This document shows, piece by piece, positions 13,105-24,640 of a stretch of DNA of 64,000 nt (positions within the stretch are counted from its first letter, which is position 1; every line of letters begins with the position of its first letter). Position numbers and translations under genes: made by a program. This stretch comes from Octopus sinensis (Eukaryota): the NCBI RefSeq assembly GCF_006345805.1, contig NC_042997.1:198090001-198154000 (forward strand), written 5' to 3'. The notes beneath the pieces were generated by a model that was not told the DNA's origin, searched no databases, and saw only the letters and a list, made by a program, of their open reading frames with translations.

Positions 13105-13160
<56 letters not shown>

Positions 13161-13199
13161 CATACACACACACCCTTCCTGTCATTCAATATGTGACAG

Positions 13200-13397
13200 C
13201 GTGTGTATTGTTGGCGATTTTCATTCCTCCGTCTTCCCTTCCTTGGATCTTTCCTTTTTCTATGTTTCTGACGAAGAGCTCCGCTCGAAACGTTAAATCC
13301 TCCTTTTTTCCCTCTCCTGAGCGTCTAATAACACTATACTTGTTCCACGTTCTCGCGTTGTTGTGTTTTCTCTTTGTGTTTTCATGTTTGGATTAAC
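13200..13397 (+). mobile_element. Short non-autonomous element, Penelope terminal-repeat-like, carrying a hammerhead motif
   Basis: A second copy lies inverted at 49310-49500. Both have a (GT)-type 5' flank and end ...catgtttggattaac directly before (TA)n. Confidence 0.75.
13264..13298 (+). ncRNA. Minimal type I hammerhead ribozyme motif (core intact)
   Basis: GUUU-CUGACGA-A-GAGC(UCC)GCUC-GAAA-C-GUU-AAAU: conserved core, 4-bp stem II, 4-bp stem I (GUUU/AAAU) and palindromic AACGUU stem III. Confidence 0.75.
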
Positions 13398-13412
13398 TAT
13401 ATATATATATAC

Positions 13413-13490
<78 letters not shown>

Positions 13491-13884
13491 TATTTACGAT
13501 ATATATGAGGTCCATGTAAAAATAATTTCGGTTTTTAATCTTCAACATCAGCAGCAAAATAACTCAGTGGATAAAAGTTATAGTTTACTCATTTTTTACC
13601 AATACAAAATTAGCTTCTTTATTCCGGTTGAGTAGAGATCCGGAATCCTTAGGCTGATGAATTCTTCGAAGGCCTTTTGAGTTACTTCCGCTTGGTTGTT
13701 GAAAACCTGTTACAGGAATTTATCGAGATGCTTCGCTGTGTGGTAAGAAGATTGCTTCCTAACCACATGGTTCCAGTTTCGGTCCCATTGCGTGGCACCT
13801 TGGGAAACGGTCTTCTACTTTAGCCTCGGGCTGACCAATTCTTTGTGAGTGGACTTGGTAGACGGAAACTGGAAGAAGCCCGTC

Positions 13885-13939
<55 letters not shown>

Positions 13940-13949
13940 TACACACACA

Positions 13950-13982
<33 letters not shown>

Positions 13983-13989
13983 ATATATA

Positions 13990-14226
13990 TATTATTTACA
14001 TTATTTACATTTGACGGATATTTGTCCTCATCTTGTTAGTTGCATACGCAACCTTTCAGCTGATTTACCCTCCAGCCTTCATCAGGTGTCTTGAAATTTC
14101 GAACCTGGGTCATCATTCTTGAAGTATGCTTCGTTGTTATTTTTATTCAGGTCACTGCCTGGAGTCGAACTCAGAATCTTGGGGTAAGTAGCCCGCGTTC
14201 TTAACCGCTACACCATATACCACGGG
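13990..14226 (-). mobile_element. tRNA-headed SINE-like element with downstream hammerhead motif
   Basis: Minus strand: TGGTGTAGCGG (A box) ... GAGTTCGACTCC (B box), spacer, gacacCTGATGAaggctg-loop-cagctGAAAggtt, then a (tgtaaataa)2 end abutting TA repeats. Confidence 0.7.
14045..14090 (-). ncRNA. Degenerate hammerhead ribozyme motif
   Basis: GACAC-CUGAUGA-A-GGCUG(GAGGGUAAAU)CAGCU-GAAA-G-GUU-GCGUA. Core boxes and the 5-bp stem II are present; stems I and III carry mismatches. Confidence 0.6.
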
Positions 14227-15764
14227 TATATATAAAGGCGGCGCTTCAGCATGGCCGCAGTCAAATGACTGAAACAAGTAAAAGAATATTTGCTTGCATG
14301 TCTTGACAACCGATGTTGGTGTGTTTACGACCCCGTAAACTAGCGGTTCGGCAAAAGATCCCGATAGAATAAATGGTAGGCTTACAAAGAATAAGTCCTG
14401 GGGTAGATTTCTTCGACTAAAGGTGGTGCTCCAGCATAACCGCAGTCAAATAACTGAAACGAGTATAAGAATGAAATGAAATTTGGTCGGAGATAGGTTT
14501 GTAGAGTAAAGTGGTCGGGGCAGGGCTCCATAGACCGGTTTATTCAACACCTGCAGAGTATTTTTTGCGATATCGGAAGTCAGTAGATATCGCGAAAAAA
14601 AAAGAAACAAACGGGGTCCTTTTCGACGCACTAATAACAGTGCATTTTGCTGTTTCCTATGTCTGCTTGATGCTTTTACCAAAATTCAAAACATTTTAGG
14701 CGCAGATTACATATGAATCTTTTGCAGCTTCTCTTTGCAAAAAGGATTTTTGCTTCGTTGTCGAGTTCTGAAACTTTATTAGAATAATGCTTAATAGCTT
14801 AAATTCTTTAGACTAGTAATTAAGATTTTAATTAGTTTACGACATAAAACATCACGTTCTTAATTAGATCCATTTTTTTCGATAATACCTAACAGAGGTT
14901 TACAGATTCATTAATGAACCTGGATTGTTTACCTGGTTGTAATAATCTGTAATATAACAGAGCTCCACACACGAAATGTAGGCGTATAACATGGAACGAC
15001 GCATTTTTCGTTATCGTGCGAAACCACACGACACATAGTGAAGGAATAATGGAGGTCTGCTGCACAAAAGCAATGTGAATAACGCTTCATAACGGCGACT
15101 TGTTTTTTATATTTTCGTCCATCTTGTGTGTAAAATCTAACAACTGTTAAACTCTAAACTCTGCGTTTAGTTCTTCTTCAACCTTTGAAATTGCCTTGTT
15201 TATCTCTCTGTTTCGTATAGTGCTTGTTGCATCATTGTTTTGTGCTGTTTTCTCCCTTTCTATTGTCATCATAATTGACTGACGCTCTATTTTGTTATTG
15301 CGAGTTTTCAAACGGTGGGTGGAGAGGATGAGAGATGATTAAAGGAAGGGGTAGAGGTGGATATAGTAAATCGTAAATACAAGAGTGGAGGCATGGTCAA
15401 TGGCAATTATGAGATGGAGGTAGAGGTGATAAAAAATGGAAGTGAATCAGGGTGGAGGTTGAGGTGTGTGGCAGTAGAGAAAGGTTAAAGAACAGCAGGG
15501 AGACAACGGGTGCAGGATGGAGGGCGGTTATTACAGGAGTTGGTGAGGGAAGGAAAGAGAGAAGGACATATACTGGCAGAGATGATGTAAGAAGTGTGTA
15601 TGAATGAATGTAGTGAGAGGCGAATAAAGTAGCAACATGGCCTAAACGCAACGTCACGAATCTTTTCGCCATACAGTCCTATTTCTCTTTCAAGGGTACT
15701 TGTGCCTGACCCAAACTAGGAATAGATGCACTATGTTCTACGGGCAGTATTTAAGGGGGAAACA

Positions 15765-16180
15765 GGCGGCGAGCAGGCAGAAGCGTTAGCATGTCGGGCC
15801 AAATGCTTAGCGGTATTTCGTCTGTTGTTACGTTCTGAGTTCAAATTCCACCGAGGTCGACTTTGCCTTTCATCCTTTCGGGGTCGATTAAATAAGTACC
15901 AGTTACGCACTGGGGTCGATGTAATCGACTTAATCCGTTTGTCTGTCCTTGTTTGTCCCCTCTGTGTTTAGCCCCCTGTGGGTAATAAAGAAATAGGTAT
16001 TTCGTCTGCCGCTACGTTCTGAGTTCAAATTCCGCCGAGGTCGACTTTGCCTTTCATCCTTTCGGGGTCGATTAAATAAGTACCAGTTACGCAATGGGGT
16101 CGATGTAATCGACTTAATCCCTTTGTCTCTCTTTGTTTGTCCCCTCTGTGTTTAGCCCCTTGTGGGTAAGAAAAAGAAAG
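15765..16180 (+). mobile_element. SINE family B, head-to-tail dimer
   Basis: Head ggcggcgagcaggcagaagcgttagc, then a 184-bp unit starting ggtatttcgtctg at 15812 and repeated at 15996. Confidence 0.9.
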
Positions 16181-16269
16181 CATGCAGGTTATGTTCTAGT
16201 CTGCGCCATCGTAGTTATCTAGGAAAATCGTATTTACACACAATTCGACCAATCGGACTTAAAGCAGTG

Positions 16270-16600
16270 CAAATACTGTTGAAATTCTCGATATAATTGT
16301 ACAACCATCTAACAGGACTAACAATTTTTTTTTCGCCCACAACTCAACGTCAGTTACCAAAGATGGAAAATCCGATTGCTGACAAGACCAAGCCTTTTCT
16401 CTACCAGGAGGTGGATGCTATCATATCCAACTCGGTGAGATAATAGTAAATCTTTCGAGAAAAAGATCGAGATGCATAGTCTTTCCAAGTCGCGCAGTAA
16501 ACTACATCGTTCGGCACTCCCAAGTCTCTGCTCGATTCTAGCGAAATCCATATTGTACGGCCGAGACTTTCTGGAAAAAAGTCTCGGATACTAGAGGATG
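16270..16600 (-). mobile_element. Highly degraded LINE RT fragment (RTE-like)
   Basis: A minus-strand frame reads AVQYGFR*NR....M*FTARL, resembling the QCGFRxNRxTxDMIFTAR RT motif. Confidence 0.4.
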
Positions 16601-16822
16601 GTAAAAATTATTGAAAACATCAGATTAGATTATGTGAAATAAGAAAACCAAAGATCTCAGAACAAAATTTAAAATATGAACAGCCAAATGGCTAAATGTC
16701 CTAAAGTTCTCGGACGTTAAGAATGAGGAATGGGAATCAATAGGGTACAGATTAGGGCAGACAGAGAAATGGCAGGCACCACAGAAACAGTGAATAGTGG
16801 AAAACTGCAAGGAATGAAGTTG

Positions 16823-16998
16823 AGGCGCAGGAGTGACTGTGTGGTAAGTAGCTTGCTTACCAAGCACATGCTTCTAGTTTCATTCCCAATGTGTGGCAAC
16901 TTGGGCAAGTGTCTTCTACTACAGCCTCGGGCCAACCAAAGCCTTGTGAGTGGATTTGGTAGACGGAAACTGAAAGAAGCTCGTCGTGTGTATATATA

Positions 16999-17057
<59 letters not shown>

Positions 17058-17320
17058 GAGAGAGAGAGAGATAGAGATGGATATAGATAGATGTGTATGT
17101 ACGTATATGTTTGTGTGCATGTGTTTGTCTCCCAACATCCCTTGACAACCGATGCTGGTGTGTTTACGTCCCCATTACTTAGCGGTTCGGCAAAAAGGGC
17201 CCGATAGAATAAGTTCTAGGCTCACGAAGAATAAGTCTTGGGTTCGATTTGCTCGACTAAAGGTGGTGCTCCAGCATGGCCGCAGTCAAATGACTGAAAA
17301 AAATGTAAGTGAGAATAAAA
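16823..17320 (+). mobile_element. SINE family A, full length
   Basis: aggcgcaggagtgactgtgtggtaag head through gtcaaatgactgaaa tail, with an expanded internal (TA)n(GA)n. Confidence 0.9.
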
Positions 17321-17345
17321 GATGAATGTCAAACAGAAGCAGCTC

Positions 17346-17455
<110 letters not shown>

Positions 17456-18139
17456 ACTGGTAGTGAAGAAAGCGGATGTTGTATATATGTAGTTCTTTTC
17501 TTATTTAATGTTAAACCAGTAAATGCAGCAGTAAGACGAGCGATGGCGGGGTGATTGAAAATGATGAAGTGAATGTGGGGAAGATTTGAAAAACACAAAC
17601 TGGGGATAAACATGTACTTTATATTATAAATCCTTATATTTCCCATTATTCTATGTTTTATCCAAACTTTTACGTGGCATTATAAAAATTTTGAAGCTCT
17701 ATTACAAAATTAAGATATTAATTATTTTAAAGAAAGGAAATCCTAACATTCTTAAATAGAATAATTAATTTCGACATTCCTTATTAGATTCGTTAATAAA
17801 TCTGGAAATGTTTCTCAATTTGTAATTTATTTTCAACACTTCCACAGAACGTCAAATTCCGCCTTTCATCCTTTCGGGGTCGATAAAATAACTACCCGTT
17901 GAGCACTGAAGTCGGATAGCTTGTGCCAACACCTGAAACCAATATCTGAGGGCATCATAAATCAAATGGTGACGTCAAGTGAACTGAAACAATACACTTT
18001 CAATATCACTTCTAAGCTTTTCATTTAATATTTGCTAAGCAAAAATGACTCCGGCTTTTAAACTTAATGCAAGTGCAATCCCTGCAAAAACTGAAGGACT
18101 CATCTTCAGCAATCCCTGGACATTAATGTCTCGAGTCCT

Positions 18140-18410
18140 AGGACTCAGGCCGGTTACTTGGTTTCCATGGTAAATAAGTAACCGAGGTCATAGCATAACC
18201 CTTAAATGGCATGCCAGTCCATCGCTGAATTTTTCATTTACAGCTCAAGAAATGAAGCATCTGGTCTCGGTAATATCTGGTCTCGGTAATATCTGGTCTC
18301 GGTAATATATGGGCTCGGTAATATCTGGGCTCGGTAATATAATACACTGCCCGATCCAGAAATCTAAACCAGGATCTTGCGCGCAACACTCTAACCACCA
18401 TGTCACGCGC
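18140..18410 (-). mobile_element. Degraded family C SINE whose centre is replaced by a minisatellite
   Basis: Tail-1-like gccagtccatcgc at left and head-like ctctaaccaccatgtcacgcgc at right. Confidence 0.5.
18259..18340. repeat. 16-bp minisatellite x5 (atctggtctcggtaat)
   Basis: Three identical units, then atatgggctcggtaat and atctgggctcggtaat. Confidence 0.95.
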
Positions 18411-18572
18411 TGTTACTGAAATATATTTCATCATACTGCTATATTTATACCCCTTCGAGCTTTAAATGCCTTCCTAATTACTTTAACTTGCAGCCATCTA
18501 GCTATATATTTGTTTTAGTGATAAACCTCAAACTGAGCATTTGCGCTTCTTAACCTTTAAGATATTTCTTTA

Positions 18573-18925
18573 ATTCTTTTAATTGCTTCAGTCATTTGAC
18601 TACGGCCATGCTGGAGCACTGCCTTTAGTCGAGCGAATCGACCCCAGGACTTATTCGTTGTAAGCCTAGTAATTACTCTATCGGTCTCTTGTGCCAAACC
18701 GCTAAGTTTCGGTGACGGAAAACACACCAGCATCGGTTGTCAAGTGATGTTGGGGGTGGTGGAAAACACACATATACATGCATATAATATATATACATAC
18801 ACACACGACGGGCTTCTTTCAGTTTCCGTCTACCAAATTCACTCACAAAGCTTTGGTCGGCCCGAGGCTATAGTAGAAGGCACAACCATGTGGTTGGTAA
18901 GCAAGCTACATACCACACAGCCACT
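18573..18925 (-). mobile_element. SINE family A with internal deletion
   Basis: Matches the family A reverse complement; the gacacttgcccaaggtgcc...gggactgaacc segment is missing. Confidence 0.88.
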
Positions 18926-19101
18926 TTTTGGGTGATATATACGGATTTATATCTATGAAAATAGATGAAGAGAAAATCTTACATTCCCGTATTTCCAGGG
19001 GTCAATAGGGATAAGTTAAACTACTTTCAACTTGAAATGGAATACAAGATATCAATTGAATTCGAACGAAACACGCTGCTTCTTGTAAAATTCCCACCAT
19101 T

Positions 19102-19429
19102 GGTGACCCCCTTCGGTCAGACACTGGCCATGGGTTTGCACCTAGAGAGTTACATTCTGAGGCACAAGTCTGGGCAAGGTTGTTTTATGGAAGACCAGTA
19201 GTCGCCCATGCATACCGGCCTCCCCTCTCCACGTCACCGATGCTGTCCAAGGGAAAGGCAAGGGCCGATACAGCTTGGCACCTGTGACGTCGCAATTCAT
19301 TTCTACAGCTGAGTGAACTGGAGCAACGTGAAATAAAGTGACTTGCTCAAGAACACAACACGCAGCCCGGTCCGAGATTCGAGCTCACAACCTCACGCTC
19401 GACGCTCTAACCACTGAGCCACGCGCCTT
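19102..19429 (-). mobile_element. SINE family C (head + core 1 + tail 3), 7-bp TSD
   Basis: Minus-strand head gaaggcgcgtggctcagtggttagag...gctcgaatctc; core shared with 5883-6140; different tail. caccatt flanks both sides (19095-19101, 19430-19436). Confidence 0.85.
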
Positions 19430-19669
19430 CACCATTAGCATTCGTTAATTTACCGGGAATTTGTGAAGACACTTAAAATGATTTCTGTATCCATGAATCT
19501 TGACGACATATAAGAACAGAATAGAATCAAGATATAAGGAACGTTCGCTGAATAATATAAGCTATCTTCGGGATGAATATTTATTATTTGAAATGGATCA
19601 ATCAGGAATCAATACGGGGTAAAAGATAAACGCAGTGCGTGTGGAAATAGATAAACTTTCGACTGAAAG

Positions 19670-19765
19670 CACTAACTTTTGTCACCAATGACGACTTCCA
19701 AAAAATGGTACGAATCAACTTCCAACTGTTCTTTCAGTACATGACACGCATTCAGTCGTGACTGT
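19670..19765 (-). mobile_element. Small mariner transposase fragment related to 20543-21431
   Basis: caacttccaactgttctttcagtacatgacacgcattc matches caacttccaactgttgtttcagtacacgacacgcattc at about 20815-20852. Confidence 0.65.
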
Positions 19766-19970
19766 AAATGTTTACACACAGCCAGCATAGACGTCTAAGT
19801 TATAATTCTGTTAGAAAACACAAGAACAAGCGATGTCATATTGGTAGAAGAATAGCAGAATAAATAAAACAAACTGAACAAAGGAAAAAGCAACATCTGA
19901 AGTAATTCTCTTTCTCTCTCTTTCTCTCTCTCTCTCTCTATCTCTCTCACACACACACACATCCACCCAC

Positions 19971-20324
19971 CTCTTGTGTTTCAGTAATTTGACTGTGGTC
20001 GTACTGGAGCACCGCCTTTAATCGAGCAAATCGACCCCAGGACTTATTCTTTGTAAGTCTAGTACTTATTCTATCGGTCTCTTTTGCCGAACCGCTAAGT
20101 TACGGTGACGTAAACACACCAGCATCGGTTGTCAAGCGATGTTTGTGTGTCTGGCAAACACACACACACACACAGTTTCCATCTACCAAATCCACTCACA
20201 AGGCTTTGGTCGACCCGAGGCTATAACAGAAGACATTTGCCCAAGGTGCCACGCAGTGGGACTGAATCTGGAACCATGTGGTTGATAAACAAGCTACTTA
20301 CCACACAACCACTCCTACGCTTAT
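19971..20324 (-). mobile_element. SINE family A
   Basis: Matches the family A reverse complement end to end. Confidence 0.9.
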
Positions 20325-20542
20325 ATATATGTAAATATATTTAGATCAAAATAATTTATTCTCATTTGTATTGTTTTTATATGATAGAAAAAATATTTAC
20401 ATTTAAGTGTATAAGTATCTGAATGGCGGTGCCCCAGCATGGCCACAGCTCATAAGCTGAAACTAGAATCAATCAATCAATCAATGCTGATACCAGCACT
20501 TAATTCTAGCAATGTGGAATTAGCAAAGTCAAATACACAATA

Positions 20543-21431
20543 CCACGACGTACCCAAAAGAAACCGGAATTTGGCAATATTATTTTATTCACTTAGTTTT
20601 ACATGTTTACACTTTTATCGCCTTCAAAGTATTCTGTATTTGAAGCAATGCATCTGTCCAGGTGCGTTTTCCACTATTCGAAGCCATCCTGGAACTCTTG
20701 CAAAGTGATGCCTTTTGACGCCTCCGTCGTTTTTTCCTCACTTCTTCCATATCTGCAAATTCCGTAGCGCCAGCTTTCGTCACCAGTGACGATTTCGAAC
20801 AAAGATCCGGACCAACTTCCAACTGTTGTTTCAGTACACGACACGCATTCTGTTGCGACTGCTTTTGATCCTTCGTGAGCAAGCAGGGCACACATTTTGC
20901 TGCAACTCTTTTCTTTCTCAATTCCTCGCTCAAGTTTATTTGACAGGTATTCCAGAATATACCAGTCATATCAACAAGTTCGTCATTTGTTTGGTGACGG
21001 TCCTCCGAGATCATTTCATGCATTTTCGTGATGTTTTCATTGGTTCGGGAGGTCGACGTTCGTCTTGAATGAGGTTGGTGTTCAAGCGGCAAGTGACCAT
21101 TTCAAAAGCGTGGAAACCCCTAGTAAACTCATGTTTTGTTCATGACAGAATCCTTGCAAGCTGCTTGAAACATGACAACTGTTTCGGCCGCCGTGTTCCC
21201 CAGCAGAAAACAGAATTTCCTTCGTTTCAGCCATCGCAACGATTGTCGGACAACGGAGAAACATTTCAAAACAAAGGTGCACCACACGGCAGTACTACTT
21301 TACTGGAAGGCGCAGATCGGTAGACCGATGCTTGAGGGGATTGCATCAAAAGGCTTCTGGCGGCGGAAACTCAAACTACAATGGGCTTGTCCAACAGAGA
21401 ACGTTTCTGGTTACTTTTGGGTACCCCTTCA
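20543..21431 (-). mobile_element. Internally deleted mariner transposon
   Basis: Imperfect TIRs with a gtacccaaaag(a/t)aacc core and flanking TA. ORFs give RTNENITKMHEMISEDR...KRVAAKCVPCLLT and IVTGDESW joined directly to the C-terminal FADMEEV..RCIA..EYFEGD. Confidence 0.88.
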
Positions 21432-22270
21432 TAATTAAAGATAGAACAGTGATAGGAATGAAGATTTCTAAAACTGATACAAACTCCCTTCTCACATTTT
21501 AAGGACGAGGTGCAGTTGATTACTCTGATTTCAGAAAGTGGTCGCTACTTATTTTATTTATTTTTAGACGATAAAAATCAAGGTAGAGTCTTATGGAATA
21601 TGAACTCAGAACATTAAAAACTAGTGATGGGGTGTAACTAATATCATTGGCAAGATTTCTGGCGCTCTACTGCGTCTTGAATACTACGTTCATAACAGCA
21701 GTAATAATTTATGCCATAAATAAAAAGCAAATACTTCTAAGAGGTGAAACAGTTACTAAATAATCTTCAAAATTTCTCCAGCCCTGGAAAGGATTACTAT
21801 CGGGTTTTAAACAAGGGCGTTGAATTATGATAATAAAATCAATTTTAAATTTTGACACAAGGTTAGCAAGTCCGGCAAGTGTTCAACTGGTACTTATTTT
21901 ATCGATCCCGAAAAGGTGAAATGCAAGGCCAACTTCGGCGGAATTTTAAATTAGAACGCAAACATCAGAAAAAATGCTGTAAAGCAATTTGTACGACTCG
22001 CTACCGATTCTGCTGTTTCACCACCCATGATGATTAGGAGGAACAGGAGAAAAGAGACGACGTCGATGATGATGATGATGGAAATATTAGCTCTTCTAAA
22101 TTACGAATATTTTAATAATATTAAGATATCATTTTTAGAGAAAACATCAGGGAATTTTATTAAATTTCTGTTTATAAAATGGTGAACCCGCTTACAGTAT
22201 GGCTTTAGTTAGTGATTGAAATCGTTTTCCTACATTTTACACTCCTGATTATTTTCTTAAACGTTCTTTT

Positions 22271-22701
22271 ATTCTTTAATTTGTTACAGTCATTTGACGG
22301 CGGCCATGCTGGAGCACCGCCTTTAGTCAAACAAACCGACCCAGGACTTATTCTTTCTAAGCCTAGTACTTACTCTATCGGCCTCTTTTGCCGAATCAAT
22401 AAGTTACGAGGATGTAAATGCACCGGCACTAGTTGTCAAGCGATGGTGGGCGCGCGCGCACACACACACCGTATGTGTGTATGTATATATATATATACAC
22501 CATATGTGTGTATGTATATATATATATATACATACACGACGGGCTTCTTTGCGTTTCCGTCTACCAAATCCACTCAAAAGGCTTTGGTCGGCCGGAGGCT
22601 ATAGTAGATCATACTTGTCCAAGGTGCCACGCAGTGGGACTGAACCCAGAACTATGTGGCTGGTAAGCTCTCTACTTACCACACAGCCATTCTTGCGCCT
22701 A
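22271..22701 (-). mobile_element. SINE family A
   Basis: Matches the family A reverse complement, with an internal microsatellite. Confidence 0.88.
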
Positions 22702-24239
22702 CATGTCTACAATACTACATAAATTCTGTTCTATGTCTCTATCTAATATAGGTGTGTTACCTTGGGCCTAGTCATGACAAAAAAGCAAATAAATAAATTA
22801 GACAAAAGAAAATCAATATTGAACGTTTGAATATCTTTCGCTAAGCATATTAAATCAAACGTTCAATATTGAAAAGTATGAAAAGTGTAGAAATCGAACA
22901 CCATTTTGAAATTTGCTTTGTGTTAGGGTGAGTATAAGTACATTTGTGATCTTATTTTGATCTTATTTAATCAATTAATATTTTTTCCTGACAAACATTT
23001 GTAATCAAATAAAGAGACATTGTAGTCGGAGAAAATGTTCAGGAAATAATAGAAATATACTTCTATGCTTATCCGAGGTTGCAAAATCCGTTGAAAAGAT
23101 ACATTTAGAAATGTGTCTGTATATAAAAACACACATTTGATGATGCTTTAAGATAAATTATCTGTTTACAACCTACGTCTGGCAGATGTTGCAATTACTG
23201 AAATTGAATATCTTTCGCTAAGCATATTTTTATATAAGTTAAGATTTGTAAAGAAACAGAAAAATTGGTGTTTGACTTGAGTTTAGAGGAGTGTTTTACT
23301 ATTTTAAATATCATCAAGGGAAAACGAAAGTATAATATAATCAAGAAATATACGTCGACGAAGCAATAAATAATCGTGGAATAACTAAATAATACATACC
23401 CGCACACTCATACACACAATCATATGTATATGCACGCTTTTACACACACATACCTGTGTATGTATATATGTATGTATATATATGTACGTGTATGTATTTG
23501 TATGTATTCATGCATGTATGTATTCATGCATGTATATATGCATTCATGCATGTATATATGCATGTATGTATTCATGCATGTATATATATATGCATGCGTG
23601 CGTGCATGTATGTATATATGTATGTATACGTCTGTAAAAGAGGGCTTCTGTACAAATCCCGTATCCCAAATTCTGCTCACGAAGTAATGGTCCATGAATA
23701 ACTATAAATAAACGGTGTCCAAAGTACACCTACTGTTGGTGCCGACTCGAAGGAATGAAACTGCGAAGTGAAATTCTTAACTAGAAAGGCATGACTGTAC
23801 TTATATAAATATATTTCCCTATCGTTTAATAAAAATAAGGCAACACACCTACCCCGTTTTAGAGCTTCTAAAATCGGTGGACCGAAGGGAAGAATTTATC
23901 TGTGCGCTGAACACTTAGTGAAGAGCCTCGAAATAGTCTGGACTTCACTGAACCGAACCAAAGCCCAAATTATAATAATGAAGTGGATGCATAGTAGATC
24001 GCCTTATCAAGAACAGGGTCAGCTCTCCAAAAGCATCACGTACGGTTTCCGTCTAACAAATATTATTCACACACCTTGGCTTGACCCAAGATTACCTTAG
24101 AAAACATAAGTACTGCACAGTGGAATAAATAAACGTCGAAACCTCTTAGTTTAAATTTAGCTGTTTAAACATGGAAAAACAGAGGTAAATAATGGGACCT
24201 AAATGACAAGAACCAAAGTACTAGTGAACATAATACAAA

Positions 24240-24640
24240 CTAGAAAAGCACTCGGAGAGCGCAGACCTACGCCAAGAAGCTCATTTTAAGATAGATACGC
24301 GAATGAAATTACTAATAGAAAAACGAAAATAAACTTTGGAAACAGCAACGCCACCATAGGTTACGTGGAATCGATGGACGTGTTTTCAAGGGAGATAATC
24401 AAAGAACGTAACATTGTAATATTTCATGTAAAGTAAATATAACAAATGAAAAATTTTCTTCAAGAATCCATAAAAAATCCCGGATCACTACCAAAATGTC
24501 ATCATCTGTTCCGTGTGTCATTACCAACTTCTCCTGCGAGTTTTATCAAATACCGTTCAAAACGTTTTGAGTTATTTTGCACACAGACGAACAAACCAAC
24601 GCCGATGAAAACATAACCTCCTTCCTTGGCGATGGTAATT
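24240..24640. mobile_element. Possible Helentron-associated (HINE-like) non-autonomous element
   Basis: Short inverted subterminal motifs acctacgccaag (24265-24276) and cttggcgatggt (24625-24636), the latter after aaacataacctcc. No ORF. Confidence 0.45.

Larger units (their letters stand above)
13727..14475 (+). mobile_element. SINE family A host copy broken by nested insertions
   Basis: Head 13727-13886, (TA)/(CA) tract, inserted element 13990-14226, tail-only piece about 14234-14288, then body and tail about 14300-14475. Confidence 0.75.

Noticed and set aside
16354-16551. 65-aa ORF with plausible splice sites as a host exon
   Set aside because: Another frame shows LINE RT motifs (QYGFR, FTAR), so a decayed retrotransposon is more likely.
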